Assembly: GCA_023461435.1 (NCBI GenBank) | Contig: JAEYLC010000031.1 | Span: forward strand, 23,126-87,125 | DNA length: 64,000 nt | Origin: Bacillota bacterium | GTDB taxonomy: Bacteria; Bacillota; Clostridia; Christensenellales; SZUA-584 | Direction of reading: 5' to 3' | In this document: one piece after another, positions 25,286 through 33,387 of the stretch | Layout: every line of letters begins with the position of its first letter | Position numbering within the stretch: position 1 is the stretch's first letter | The notes under the pieces: model-generated | Told to the model about the DNA's origin: nothing | The model's input: only the letters and a program-made list of their open reading frames with translations | Database searches by the model: none | Made by a program: the position numbers and the translations under genes

Positions 25286-26515
25286 ATGACATTGCGTAAT
25301 GACGCTGAAATGATCATAACAGCTGCGATTCGATCGGCGCTGCCGGACGCGGCAGTCACCCGGGCGCTCGAGAATAAAAGGTTCCCCGGCAGGGTATTTC
25401 TTGTTTCGGCGGGTAAAGCCGCCTGGCAGATGGCCAAGGCCGCTGTCGATATCATGGAAGACACGATTGCCAAGGGCATCGTGATCACCAAATACGATCA
25501 TTCGCGCGGCGAAATCGCCCGCACGTGCATCCATGAGGCGGGGCATCCCGTGCCCGACGACAATTCTTTTCGTGCGGCAGAAGAGGCGCTAAAGCTCACA
25601 TCGGGGTTATGCCCCGACGATACCGTGCTGTTTCTTTTGTCGGGCGGCGGGTCCGCGCTGTTTGAGAAGCCGCTCGTGCCTGCGGCCGAGCTGCAGGATA
25701 TCACGAAGCAGCTGCTCGCCTGCGGCGCGGACATTGTGGAGATGAACATCGTCCGCAAGCGGCTTTCCGCCGTCAAGGGCGGGCGGTTCGCGCTGCATTG
25801 CCGTCCCGCGAACGTGTTTGCCATCGTGCTGTCGGATATCATCGGCGACCCGCTCGATATGATCGCGTCGGGCCCGGCATACCCGGATGCCTCGGCCTGT
25901 GATCAGGCGCTGGACATTGCGAGACGGTACGGTCTGCGTCTCTCCGAAGAAGCGCTCGAATGTCTTAAAACCGAGACGCCCAAGTCTCTTGACAATGTGG
26001 AGACGCTCGTCACGGGCAGCGTCAGGCAGCTCTGCGCCTCGGCGGAGGCGACATGCCGGGAGCTTGGCTACCGCCCGACGGTGCTGACCGACAGCCTTTG
26101 CTGCACCGCAAGGGATGCGGGCAGCTTCCTCGCGTCCGTGGCGCGGTACCACGAGAAAACGGACACATCTCTTGCGTTTATCGCGGGCGGGGAAACGGTG
26201 GTGCAGCTGAAAGGGAACGGCAGGGGAGGCCGCAATCAGGAGCTCGCGCTCGCGGCGGCGGCGGGAATAGTCGGCCTGAAAGACACCGCGGTTTTTTCAG
26301 TGGGCTCGGACGGCACCGACGGGCCGACCGACGCGGCCGGAGGCTATGCGGACAGACAAACCGCGCGGCGGCTTGCTGAAGCCGGCATATCCATACACGA
26401 TGAGCTTGAGAACAACAATGCGTATTTTGCGCTCGAAAAGTGCGGCGGTTTGATTAAAACCGGCGCCACCGGCACCAATGTCAACGATCTGTCGGTTTTA
26501 CTGATTAAAAGATAG
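25286..26515 (+). CDS. glycerate 2-kinase / hydroxypyruvate-reductase-like protein (MOFRL family, TtuD-type)
   Basis: ORF 25160-26515. ATG 25286 lies 6 nt after GGAGG. It has VFLVSAGKAAWQMA, LLSGGGSALFE, SVKGGRFA and GGETVVQLKGNGRGGRNQELALAAA, typical of MOFRL glycerate kinases. Confidence 0.85.
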   Translation: MTLRNDAEMIITAAIRSALPDAAVTRALENKRFPGRVFLVSAGKAAWQMAKAAVDIMEDTIAKGIVITKYDHSRGEIARTCIHEAGHPVPDDNSFRAAEEALKLTSGLCPDDTVLFLLSGGGSALFEKPLVPAAELQDITKQLLACGADIVEMNIVRKRLSAVKGGRFALHCRPANVFAIVLSDIIGDPLDMIASGPAYPDASACDQALDIARRYGLRLSEEALECLKTETPKSLDNVETLVTGSVRQLCASAEATCRELGYRPTVLTDSLCCTARDAGSFLASVARYHEKTDTSLAFIAGGETVVQLKGNGRGGRNQELALAAAAGIVGLKDTAVFSVGSDGTDGPTDAAGGYADRQTARRLAEAGISIHDELENNNAYFALEKCGGLIKTGATGTNVNDLSVLLIKR

Positions 26516-26526
26516 AACACCTCCAT

Positions 26527-26570
26527 TAAAAGCAGGAGGCCCTCGCACCAGCGAGGGCCTCCTGCTTTTT
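26527..26570. terminator. bidirectional intrinsic terminator between convergent genes
   Basis: AGCAGGAGGCCCTCGC-acca-GCGAGGGCCTCCTGCT, a 16-bp perfect stem flanked by AAAA on the 5' side and TTTTT on the 3' side. Confidence 0.9.
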
Positions 26571-26605
26571 GAGAGCTTGCGATAAAAAGATATGGATAAG
26601 GAGGA

Positions 26606-27493
26606 TCAGTTTTTTTTGATCTCCGTTTTCCCGATGTTTTCGTAATAGTTCGCAATCGCGCTGTGATCGCACTGACCGCCGTCATTCGCGTGCAGGTATT
26701 GCAGCATTTCCATTACGGAGGCGGTTAATGGCAGCGGAGAGCCCACGCTGTGGCCCGTTTCAAGAGCGTTGTTCAAATCCTTGATGTGCAGGTCTACCTT
26801 GAAGCCGGGCTTAAAGTTGCGCTCAAGAATCATCGGCGCTTTTGCGTTCATCACCGTGGAACCGGCAAGCCCGCCTTTGATCGCGTTGAAAACCAGCTCC
26901 GGGTCCACACCGGCCTTGGTGGCAAGCAGAAACGCTTCCGACACCGCCGCGATATTGACCGCCACGATGATCTGGTTGGCGAGCTTTGTCGTGTTGCCCG
27001 CGCCGATGCCGCCGCAGTAAACGGCGCTGCCGCCCATTGCCATGAGAATGTCATACACTTTCTCGAAAATTTCCTTTTTGCCGCCGACCATGATGGACAG
27101 CGAGCCGTCGATCGCTTTGGGTTCTCCGCCCGAGACGGGGGCGTCCAGCATTTCCACACCCTTTTCGGTGCAGGCATTATAAACCTCCTGAGAGGCGAGC
27201 GGCGCGATGGAGCTCATATCGATGAGTATCGTGCCCGGCTTTGCGCCCTCGAGCACGCCGTTTTTTCCGAGAACAGCCGCCTTCACATGCGGGGAGTTGG
27301 GCACGATGGTGATGACGATGCCGCATTGTGCGGCCACATCCTTCGCCGAATCCGCCGCGGCTGCGCCGGCGGCGGTCAGCGCGTTCACATTGTCGGCGAC
27401 GATGTCGTAAACGACGAGCTCATGGCCTTTTTTGAGCAAATTTTTCGCCATGGGCTTGCCCATGATTCCGAGTCCGATAAAACCGATCTTCAT
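26606..27493 (-). CDS. garR: 2-hydroxy-3-oxopropionate (tartronate semialdehyde) reductase
   Basis: 295 aa. It looks collinear and strongly similar, by eye and from my memory of E. coli GarR, along its whole length (MKIGFIGLGIMGKPMAKNLLK, NSPHVK, IDMSSIAPLAS, DAPVSGGEPKAIDG, GAGN.TKLANQ, FKPGF..DLHIKDL). Confidence 0.85.
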   Translation of the reverse strand: MKIGFIGLGIMGKPMAKNLLKKGHELVVYDIVADNVNALTAAGAAAADSAKDVAAQCGIVITIVPNSPHVKAAVLGKNGVLEGAKPGTILIDMSSIAPLASQEVYNACTEKGVEMLDAPVSGGEPKAIDGSLSIMVGGKKEIFEKVYDILMAMGGSAVYCGGIGAGNTTKLANQIIVAVNIAAVSEAFLLATKAGVDPELVFNAIKGGLAGSTVMNAKAPMILERNFKPGFKVDLHIKDLNNALETGHSVGSPLPLTASVMEMLQYLHANDGGQCDHSAIANYYENIGKTEIKKN

Positions 27494-27516
27494 AATATTT
27501 TACCTCCGTAATTGCT

Positions 27517-28452
27517 TCATTGAGCAAGATTGTGCATGCTTACGACAGCGGCCTGAATGCTCTGCGTTGTCAGACCGAGATAATTCAAAATCTCATCATA
27601 CGAGTGGGCGCTGCAGCCGAACTGGTCGCGGATGCCCACATGCTCGATGGGTTTGCCGAGGTGGCGCACGGCACGCGCGATCGCGGACCCGAGCCCGCCA
27701 ACCACGCTGTGCTCTTCGACGGTCACGATGGCCTTGCAGCTGCCGACCAGACCGCAGATCAGCTGCTCATTAAGCGGCTTGATGGTGCTCACATTGATCA
27801 CCTTGACGGAAATGCTGTCCTTCAGAAGCTGTGCGGCCTCGAGCGCCTTCACGCACATGTAGCCCGTGGCGAATACAGCCACATCGCTGCCTTCTTTGAG
27901 CACCGAGGGGACGCCGATCTCAAACGGCGCGTCTTCGGCCGTTATGTCGTCGTAGTTATTGCGGTTGACGCGGATATAGCACGGGCCGTCGTACGCCGCT
28001 ATGGCGCGGACGGCTTTGACGGTTTCGTTGGCATCGACGGGGCTGAGTACCGTCATGTTAGGGATCGCGCTCATGATCGCGATATCCTCGACGGACTGGT
28101 GCGTCGCACCGTCCCCAAAGTCGGAGCAGCCCGCCGAAGAGCCGCAGATTTTGACGTTAAGGCGGCCGATGGCGACCGTCTGGCGTATCTGGTCGTAGGC
28201 ACGGCCCGCCGAGAAGACCGCGAACGAATTGGTGAACGCTGTTTTGCCCGACAGCGCAAGCCCCGCCGCGACCGAGGTCATGTTGGCTTCGGCAATGCCC
28301 ATTTCAAAATAACGTTCGGGATAAGCGTCCTGAAACATATAAGACATCGTGGATTTTCCGAGATCGGCTTCAAGCACAACGATGTTTGGGTTCTCTTTCC
28401 CAAGTGCCACGAGCGTGGCGCCGTAGGCTGTTCTTTGATTGCTGTAACTCAT
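27517..28452 (-). CDS. transketolase, C-terminal (pyrimidine-binding) subunit
   Basis: 311 aa with FEMGIAEANM, SFAVFSAGRAYDQIR, the CGSSAGCSDFGDGATHQS region and a C-terminal transketolase domain. It pairs with the upstream N-terminal subunit gene. Confidence 0.9.
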   Translation of the reverse strand: MSYSNQRTAYGATLVALGKENPNIVVLEADLGKSTMSYMFQDAYPERYFEMGIAEANMTSVAAGLALSGKTAFTNSFAVFSAGRAYDQIRQTVAIGRLNVKICGSSAGCSDFGDGATHQSVEDIAIMSAIPNMTVLSPVDANETVKAVRAIAAYDGPCYIRVNRNNYDDITAEDAPFEIGVPSVLKEGSDVAVFATGYMCVKALEAAQLLKDSISVKVINVSTIKPLNEQLICGLVGSCKAIVTVEEHSVVGGLGSAIARAVRHLGKPIEHVGIRDQFGCSAHSYDEILNYLGLTTQSIQAAVVSMHNLAQ

Positions 28453-28464
28453 TGTTTGCTCCTT

Positions 28465-29295
28465 TCAGGCCAGCTCGCTGAGCGCGTGCGTATAGTTTTC
28501 TTCGGTCAGCGCGGCGTTATGGAACGCGGCGTTGTTCTCCGCAAAGCTCACACCCCGGCCCTTCACCGTGTGCGCGATGATGACGGTGGGCTGCCCTTTT
28601 ATTTGATCGGCATCGTCCAGCGCCGTGAGAATCTGCGCCATGTCGTGCCCGTTGATATCGATGACATGCCACCCGAAAGCGCTCCATTTTTCATTGAGCG
28701 GATTGGTGTTAAAGCGGTCCACAATGGCGCCGGTCGCCTGAAGATCGTTTTTATCGACGATCGCGACAAGGTTGTCCGCTTTGTAGGCGCTTGCGGCCAT
28801 CGCGGCCTCCCAGATCTGTCCTTCGGCGATCTCGCCGTCGCCGACCAGCACATACACCTTGCGCGCGATATTATTAAGGCGCATGCCGAGCGCCATGCCA
28901 AGGCCGACGGAGAGCCCCTGACCGAGCGAACCTGTACCGGCTTCGATTCCGGGGGTTTTGAGTACGTCGGGATGCCCTTGCAGATGCGAGCCTAAGGCTT
29001 TCGTCGTTTTCAGATCGTCCACGGGAAAGAATCCGGCTTCGGCCAGGGCCGCGTATTGTAAAATGGCGACATGGCCCTTGCTTAACAGAAACCTGTCGCG
29101 ATCGGGCTTCTTGGGGTTTTTGGGGTCATAGTGCATTTTATGAAAATAGAGCGCCGAAACGACGTCCGCGGCGGAGTTCGACCCGCCGATATGGCCGGCG
29201 ACACCGACGCCCATGCTGACGACCACGTCGCGCCGTAGCTGCTGCGCCTTCGCAGTCAGAGATTCGAGTTGTTGTTTGCTGTACATATCTGTCAT
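28465..29295 (-). CDS. transketolase, N-terminal (ThDP-binding) subunit
   Basis: 276 aa with GHIGGSNSAADV, DRFLLSKGH, GSLGQGLSVGLGMA and VLVGDGEIAEGQIWEAA, including the ThDP GDG motif. Confidence 0.9.
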   Translation of the reverse strand: MTDMYSKQQLESLTAKAQQLRRDVVVSMGVGVAGHIGGSNSAADVVSALYFHKMHYDPKNPKKPDRDRFLLSKGHVAILQYAALAEAGFFPVDDLKTTKALGSHLQGHPDVLKTPGIEAGTGSLGQGLSVGLGMALGMRLNNIARKVYVLVGDGEIAEGQIWEAAMAASAYKADNLVAIVDKNDLQATGAIVDRFNTNPLNEKWSAFGWHVIDINGHDMAQILTALDDADQIKGQPTVIIAHTVKGRGVSFAENNAAFHNAALTEENYTHALSELA

Positions 29296-30113
29296 TTCCT
29301 TTCATTGTGTTCGAAGTAGCTTTTGAGAAGCGCCAGCGCCGCGGGCGCGTCACGCTGCACATCCGTCGAGTACGCCTCGCAGCTGATGCGCCCGTCATAA
29401 CCTGTCCTGACGACCGCGTCCGCAAGGGCGCGGTACAGCGTTCCCGATCCGTCGCTTTCGCGCGGAAACACGCGTCCAACCGGGTTGACCAAATGAATAT
29501 GCGTAAGGTATGCTTTGCCGTATTCTTCGATGTGCGACAGCGGCTCGTTTTCTTCAATAAGATGATAAAGATCAACGAGCACCTTCACTTGTGGGCCGCC
29601 CACATCGCGGGCAAGCCATGCGCCTTCCTCAAAGGTGTTGATGATATTGCATTCGGCTTTGCGCAAAGGCTCGATGGCGATGGTGATGCCATGCTGCGCC
29701 GCAACTCCGTCCACATATTTTAAGAGGCGGACGATCTGCGCGTAAGCTTCCGATTTTGAGAAGTTCTCTGGATACCTTTTTGCGCCGCCGCTGCCGAATA
29801 CGATGTTTTTCGCGCCGAGTTCTGCCGCGGTGGCGACGGCTTGATCCACATAGGAAGAAACCGCGTTGAAATCAACGTCCGGCCCCGTGAGCCTCATAAC
29901 GGGTGGGAAAAAGTTGTTGCAGCTCTCGCACGGAAGGCCGCTTGCGCTTAAGTCTTTAAGCAGGTGCTCAAAGCCGTCTTTTGACAGGCTCATGATCTCC
30001 GAGAGAGGCAATTCCGCGTAATCGTAGCCGGAGCGGTGGAATAGCTCAAGATGCTCCGAGCCCGTGCCGCCGGGGACAGCGGATAACATATTAAAACAGC
30101 AGCCGTATTTCAT
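29292..30113 (-). CDS. sugar-phosphate isomerase/epimerase (xylose-isomerase-like TIM barrel; Hyi/OtnI-like)
   Basis: ORF 29292-30218. ATG 30113 (MKYGCCFNML) is the likely start because the extension runs into the promoter. The pattern is AP-endonuclease-2 / xylose-isomerase fold (ITIAIEPL, DLYHL, HIHL). Confidence 0.75.
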   Translation of the reverse strand: MKYGCCFNMLSAVPGGTGSEHLELFHRSGYDYAELPLSEIMSLSKDGFEHLLKDLSASGLPCESCNNFFPPVMRLTGPDVDFNAVSSYVDQAVATAAELGAKNIVFGSGGAKRYPENFSKSEAYAQIVRLLKYVDGVAAQHGITIAIEPLRKAECNIINTFEEGAWLARDVGGPQVKVLVDLYHLIEENEPLSHIEEYGKAYLTHIHLVNPVGRVFPRESDGSGTLYRALADAVVRTGYDGRISCEAYSTDVQRDAPAALALLKSYFEHNERK

Positions 30114-30199
30114 AAATAATCGATCCCTTACAAATATTATTTTGATACGTTCAGATGATTGCGATTCATTGCACAGAGCGAATATGCTGTTATGATAAA

Positions 30200-30228
30200 A
30201 TTGTAATACATAATACAATTAACGTCAA
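30200..30228 (-). promoter_or_regulatory. minus-strand promoter (TTGACG-17-TACAAT) overlapped by operator-like TTGTAATACATAATACAA
   Basis: On the minus strand, TTGACG lies at 30228-30223 and TACAAT at 30205-30200. The palindromic AT-rich site at 30201-30218 covers the spacer and the -10. Confidence 0.6.
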
Positions 30229-30249
30229 TGGTTTTTTTTCAGCAAAAAG

Positions 30250-30302
30250 TTGACAGAAATTGATGTGCTGTATAAAATTAAGTTTGTAATAACATAATAC
30301 AA
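30250..30302 (+). promoter_or_regulatory. plus-strand promoter of the GntR gene (TTGACA ... TATAAA) followed by a second copy of the operator-like site
   Basis: TTGACA at 30250-55 and TATAAA at 30271-76 (the 15-nt spacer is short). TTGTAATAACATAATACAA at 30284-30302 sits just downstream of the -10, which fits autoregulation. Confidence 0.5.
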
Positions 30303-30325
30303 ATACGAGTGGGGAAAGGGTCAAT

Positions 30326-31045
30326 ATGCCGGTACAATCGATCGATCGCCAGAATATATCCGAGATGGTTTTTGAGCAGCTTATGGAGCTCATCTCCTCG
30401 GGTGAATGGAAGCAGGGGGAAAAGATCCCCGCGGAAACAGAGCTCGCCGAAACCATGGGGGTTTCGCGCGTCTCGATACGCGCTGCGCTGCAAAAGCTCT
30501 CAAGCCTTGGGCTTATTGAGCGCAAGCAGGGACGCGGCACAATCGTCTGCGATCTTTCAAGCGGGCAGCAGATCAACAGTCTGGTTCCCATGCTTGTGCT
30601 GATGCCGCCCAATATACAGTCAATGAATGAATACCGGCTTATACTCGAATGCGGCGCGGTGGAGCTCGCCGCTCTTCGCTGCGACGATAAGATCATCAAA
30701 AGGCTCGAAGATAATCTGGCCGAGATGGAGCGCTTAAACGCTGAGAATGAGGACAGCGCGAGCGTTGACGTGGACTTTCACCTGATCATTGCGGAAGCGA
30801 CGAAAAATCCGCTGATCATCAAAACCCAGCAGATTATGAGAGACTCATTTCTGGAATGCATGCGGACATATAAACGTTTGACGGACGTCCGCGCGGGATT
30901 TTATTACCACCGCAATCTCATCGAGGCGCTTCGTAACCGCGATGCCTACGGTGCGAGAAGGATCATGGAAGAGCACTTGAAAAAGAATCAGCTCGATTTG
31001 GATAAAGCTGTTCAAGACAAAATGGCGCAGATGCAGGAGCCGTAA
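30326..31045 (+). CDS. GntR-family regulator with FCD domain
   Basis: Winged HTH reads IPAETELAETMGVSRVSIRAALQKLSSLGLIERKQGRGT. The C-terminal helical ligand domain carries DFHLIIAEAT. Confidence 0.9.
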   Translation: MPVQSIDRQNISEMVFEQLMELISSGEWKQGEKIPAETELAETMGVSRVSIRAALQKLSSLGLIERKQGRGTIVCDLSSGQQINSLVPMLVLMPPNIQSMNEYRLILECGAVELAALRCDDKIIKRLEDNLAEMERLNAENEDSASVDVDFHLIIAEATKNPLIIKTQQIMRDSFLECMRTYKRLTDVRAGFYYHRNLIEALRNRDAYGARRIMEEHLKKNQLDLDKAVQDKMAQMQEP

Positions 31046-31072
31046 TTCAGCTCAACTGCCCGTAAGACTGAG

Positions 31073-31119
31073 ACAAAAACAGGCGTCACACCCATGCGGA
31101 TATGACGCCCGTTTTTTTT
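31073..31119. terminator. bidirectional terminator between GntR (+) and the transaldolase-family gene (-)
   Basis: GGCGTCA-cacccatgcggata-TGACGCC, preceded by an A-rich run (ACAAAAAC) and followed by T8. Confidence 0.7.
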
Positions 31120-31121
31120 GT

Positions 31122-32159
31122 TTAACGTTCGGAGGCGATGAGCTTCAGGCAGTTCTGCCATGCCGATTCGAAGGAAGAACGGAAGAGGACCACGGGGCCA
31201 TATTCCTCATAATCGTCGGGCGAAATTTCATTGATGCAATAAGCGCGTTTGAAATCCGGTATTTTCTCAATCAGCTCGTCGATAACGGCAGCCGGTACCG
31301 GATTGAAAAAGCGGGAGACCACGGGCGGATCGTTCTGTATCAGAGCATCCGCAGTTCCAGACCAATTGATCGTCACGACACAGTCGGCGCCGACCATCTC
31401 GGTGAAATGGTGAAGGCCGCGCGCGCCGCCGCCGATGTAATGGCAGTCGTAGCCTTTCTGCTTGACAATTTCATAGGCTTTTTTGGCCACCGCCATGCCG
31501 CTTTGCCAGACGGCATCCTTGGAAATGTCAATATTGTCGCGTTCCACCACGTTGCTGATATGTTCGTCAAAAATGCCGGTAATGACGCTGTAGTAAAGCG
31601 GGGCAGGGTTGACCATATTGCGCGTGGTCTTCTCATACAGCTCGCACACATCCAAAACCTGCCGGACAGCCATGCATTCAGTGGCGTTGATCGGTATGTT
31701 CAATTTGATAAGCTCCTCAATGGCAGACAAACCGCTCACAACAACGGGTATCTTGCACATGATGTTTTCCCCGGCTTCTCGGTTGAACTTTGCGAAATCA
31801 AGTATCGACCGCCTGTCTTCGCGGAATGGGTCGCCCTGGATAGACACATAACCGGCCTTGCCGTGAGAAGCGTCGAAAAGAGGCTTGAAGACCTTGACCA
31901 CGCCGCCGATCAATTCACGCTGCAGTTTCATCATCGCGGCGTCGTTATCCGGCTCGGTGGACATAATGGCATGGAGCTGGTCCATCACATGAGCCTTTTC
32001 AACGGGATGCGTCATCATTTTCCATGTATAAGCAGGGTTTTGTGTACAGCCCACGGCACCGTTATCAATTGCCAGCTGTGCCTGTTCCCGCGTCACGTTA
32101 TTTATCCAGAAACGCGTGGGTGTTTGGGCATGGACTCGGAAGAAATAACTGTTTTTCAT
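31122..32159 (-). CDS. transaldolase-family protein
   Basis: ORF 31122-32300. ATG 32159 has a GGAGAG RBS. It has TRFWINNVT..A...GAVGCTQNP and MCKIPVV, the Schiff-base Lys context. The longer extension would overlap its own promoter. Confidence 0.8.
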   Translation of the reverse strand: MKNSYFFRVHAQTPTRFWINNVTREQAQLAIDNGAVGCTQNPAYTWKMMTHPVEKAHVMDQLHAIMSTEPDNDAAMMKLQRELIGGVVKVFKPLFDASHGKAGYVSIQGDPFREDRRSILDFAKFNREAGENIMCKIPVVVSGLSAIEELIKLNIPINATECMAVRQVLDVCELYEKTTRNMVNPAPLYYSVITGIFDEHISNVVERDNIDISKDAVWQSGMAVAKKAYEIVKQKGYDCHYIGGGARGLHHFTEMVGADCVVTINWSGTADALIQNDPPVVSRFFNPVPAAVIDELIEKIPDFKRAYCINEISPDDYEEYGPVVLFRSSFESAWQNCLKLIASER

Positions 32160-32284
32160 GTTGACTCTCCTTAGAAACAATATTTTGTGATATTCAGGCG
32201 TATGAAACAGCCGGCTGGTGCGTCCCATGACAAACGCGCGGAATCGGCCGTTCACGCAGCCCATTAAACAATATAATGATAATA

Positions 32285-32332
32285 TTGTATTACAAATCAA
32301 TTCATTATATAATAATCGAGATCATTATACAA
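32285..32332 (-). promoter_or_regulatory. minus-strand promoter (TTGTAT-17-TATAAT) plus operator-like TTGTAATACAA just downstream
   Basis: On the minus strand, the -35 lies at 32332-32327 and the -10 at 32309-32304. The site 32285-32295 (plus strand TTGTATTACAA) shares the core of the two sites at 30.2 kb. Confidence 0.5.
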
Positions 32333-32480
32333 CCGGAAAATCGCAGAAATTGAAAGAAATACGATGACAATTCAGATAAAACCGCGCGGCAAAAGCGATG
32401 AATGCCTACGGCAAACATCATGAGCCTCTGCTGGCTGGCTGGAATGTCATACGACTGACAAAATTATTTAGACAGGAAAA

Positions 32481-33194
32481 TCAAACTGATTCGAAATAGA
32501 CTAGGCAATGCTTCTGAGCGGTCAAAATATGCTCTTCCATCAGCTGCCTTGCAAGAACCGTGTTCCGTGCTTCAATGGCGTTATAAATCTGGCGGTGCAG
32601 CCGGATGGCGTCGGGTATTGTGGATGGTATTCTCGAAAAAGACTGACAGATAAATTCGCTCGTAATCTGCAGAAGGCCGCCGTACATCTGCGCGAGAAAG
32701 CGATTCCCGCTGGAGAGGGCGATCTTCAGATGAAAATTGATGTCGCATTCGGTATACTGCTCCGCATCCTGGGTGCCGTGTGACTTCTTGACATCTTCCT
32801 CATGCTCGTCGACCAATTGGCGCAGCGCCATGACGTCCTCTTCGGACGCGTTGGCGACGCAAAGCTCAACAACCTTGGTTTCAATCAGCATGCGCGCTTC
32901 CATCAGCTCATTGACTATTTTGGTGTTGTTAATGAAGATGTCGGTGATGTTTCTTGACCACAGATCCGGGTTGTCACAAATGACGACCGTGCCGATTTTG
33001 GGTCTTTGAATAACCGCACCCATCATCTGAAGCGTCTGCAGGGCTTCGCGCAGCGACAAACGGCTGATGCCGAGCTGCTTTGCGTATTCATTCTGATTGG
33101 GCAGCTTATCACCCTTTTTTATTTCTCCGCTTCGAATCTTTCGTTCGAAATCTTCAATGACATAGTCGGATACTTTCTTTTTTTCTATTGACAT
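32481..33194 (-). CDS. GntR-family regulator with FCD domain
   Basis: HTH reads LPNQNEYAKQLGISRLSLREALQTLQMMGAVIQRPKIGT. The FCD-like C-terminus carries DINFHLKIA. Confidence 0.9.
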   Translation of the reverse strand: MSIEKKKVSDYVIEDFERKIRSGEIKKGDKLPNQNEYAKQLGISRLSLREALQTLQMMGAVIQRPKIGTVVICDNPDLWSRNITDIFINNTKIVNELMEARMLIETKVVELCVANASEEDVMALRQLVDEHEEDVKKSHGTQDAEQYTECDINFHLKIALSSGNRFLAQMYGGLLQITSEFICQSFSRIPSTIPDAIRLHRQIYNAIEARNTVLARQLMEEHILTAQKHCLVYFESV

Positions 33195-33387
33195 ATCGTC
33201 TTCTCTTCCATTATTAATCTGGTTTTTGCATAATCGTACAGCATCTCAAAAAACTGATATGAACCATCGGCATGATACTGATCGTACGGGGCGGCAGCCT
33301 TGATAGATAACCCGGTTAAGAACCGGCTGCAAAACAGGGGCCTTGCTTATCTATGGTGCTGCCATTAAAACCATTATATTCTAGCTA

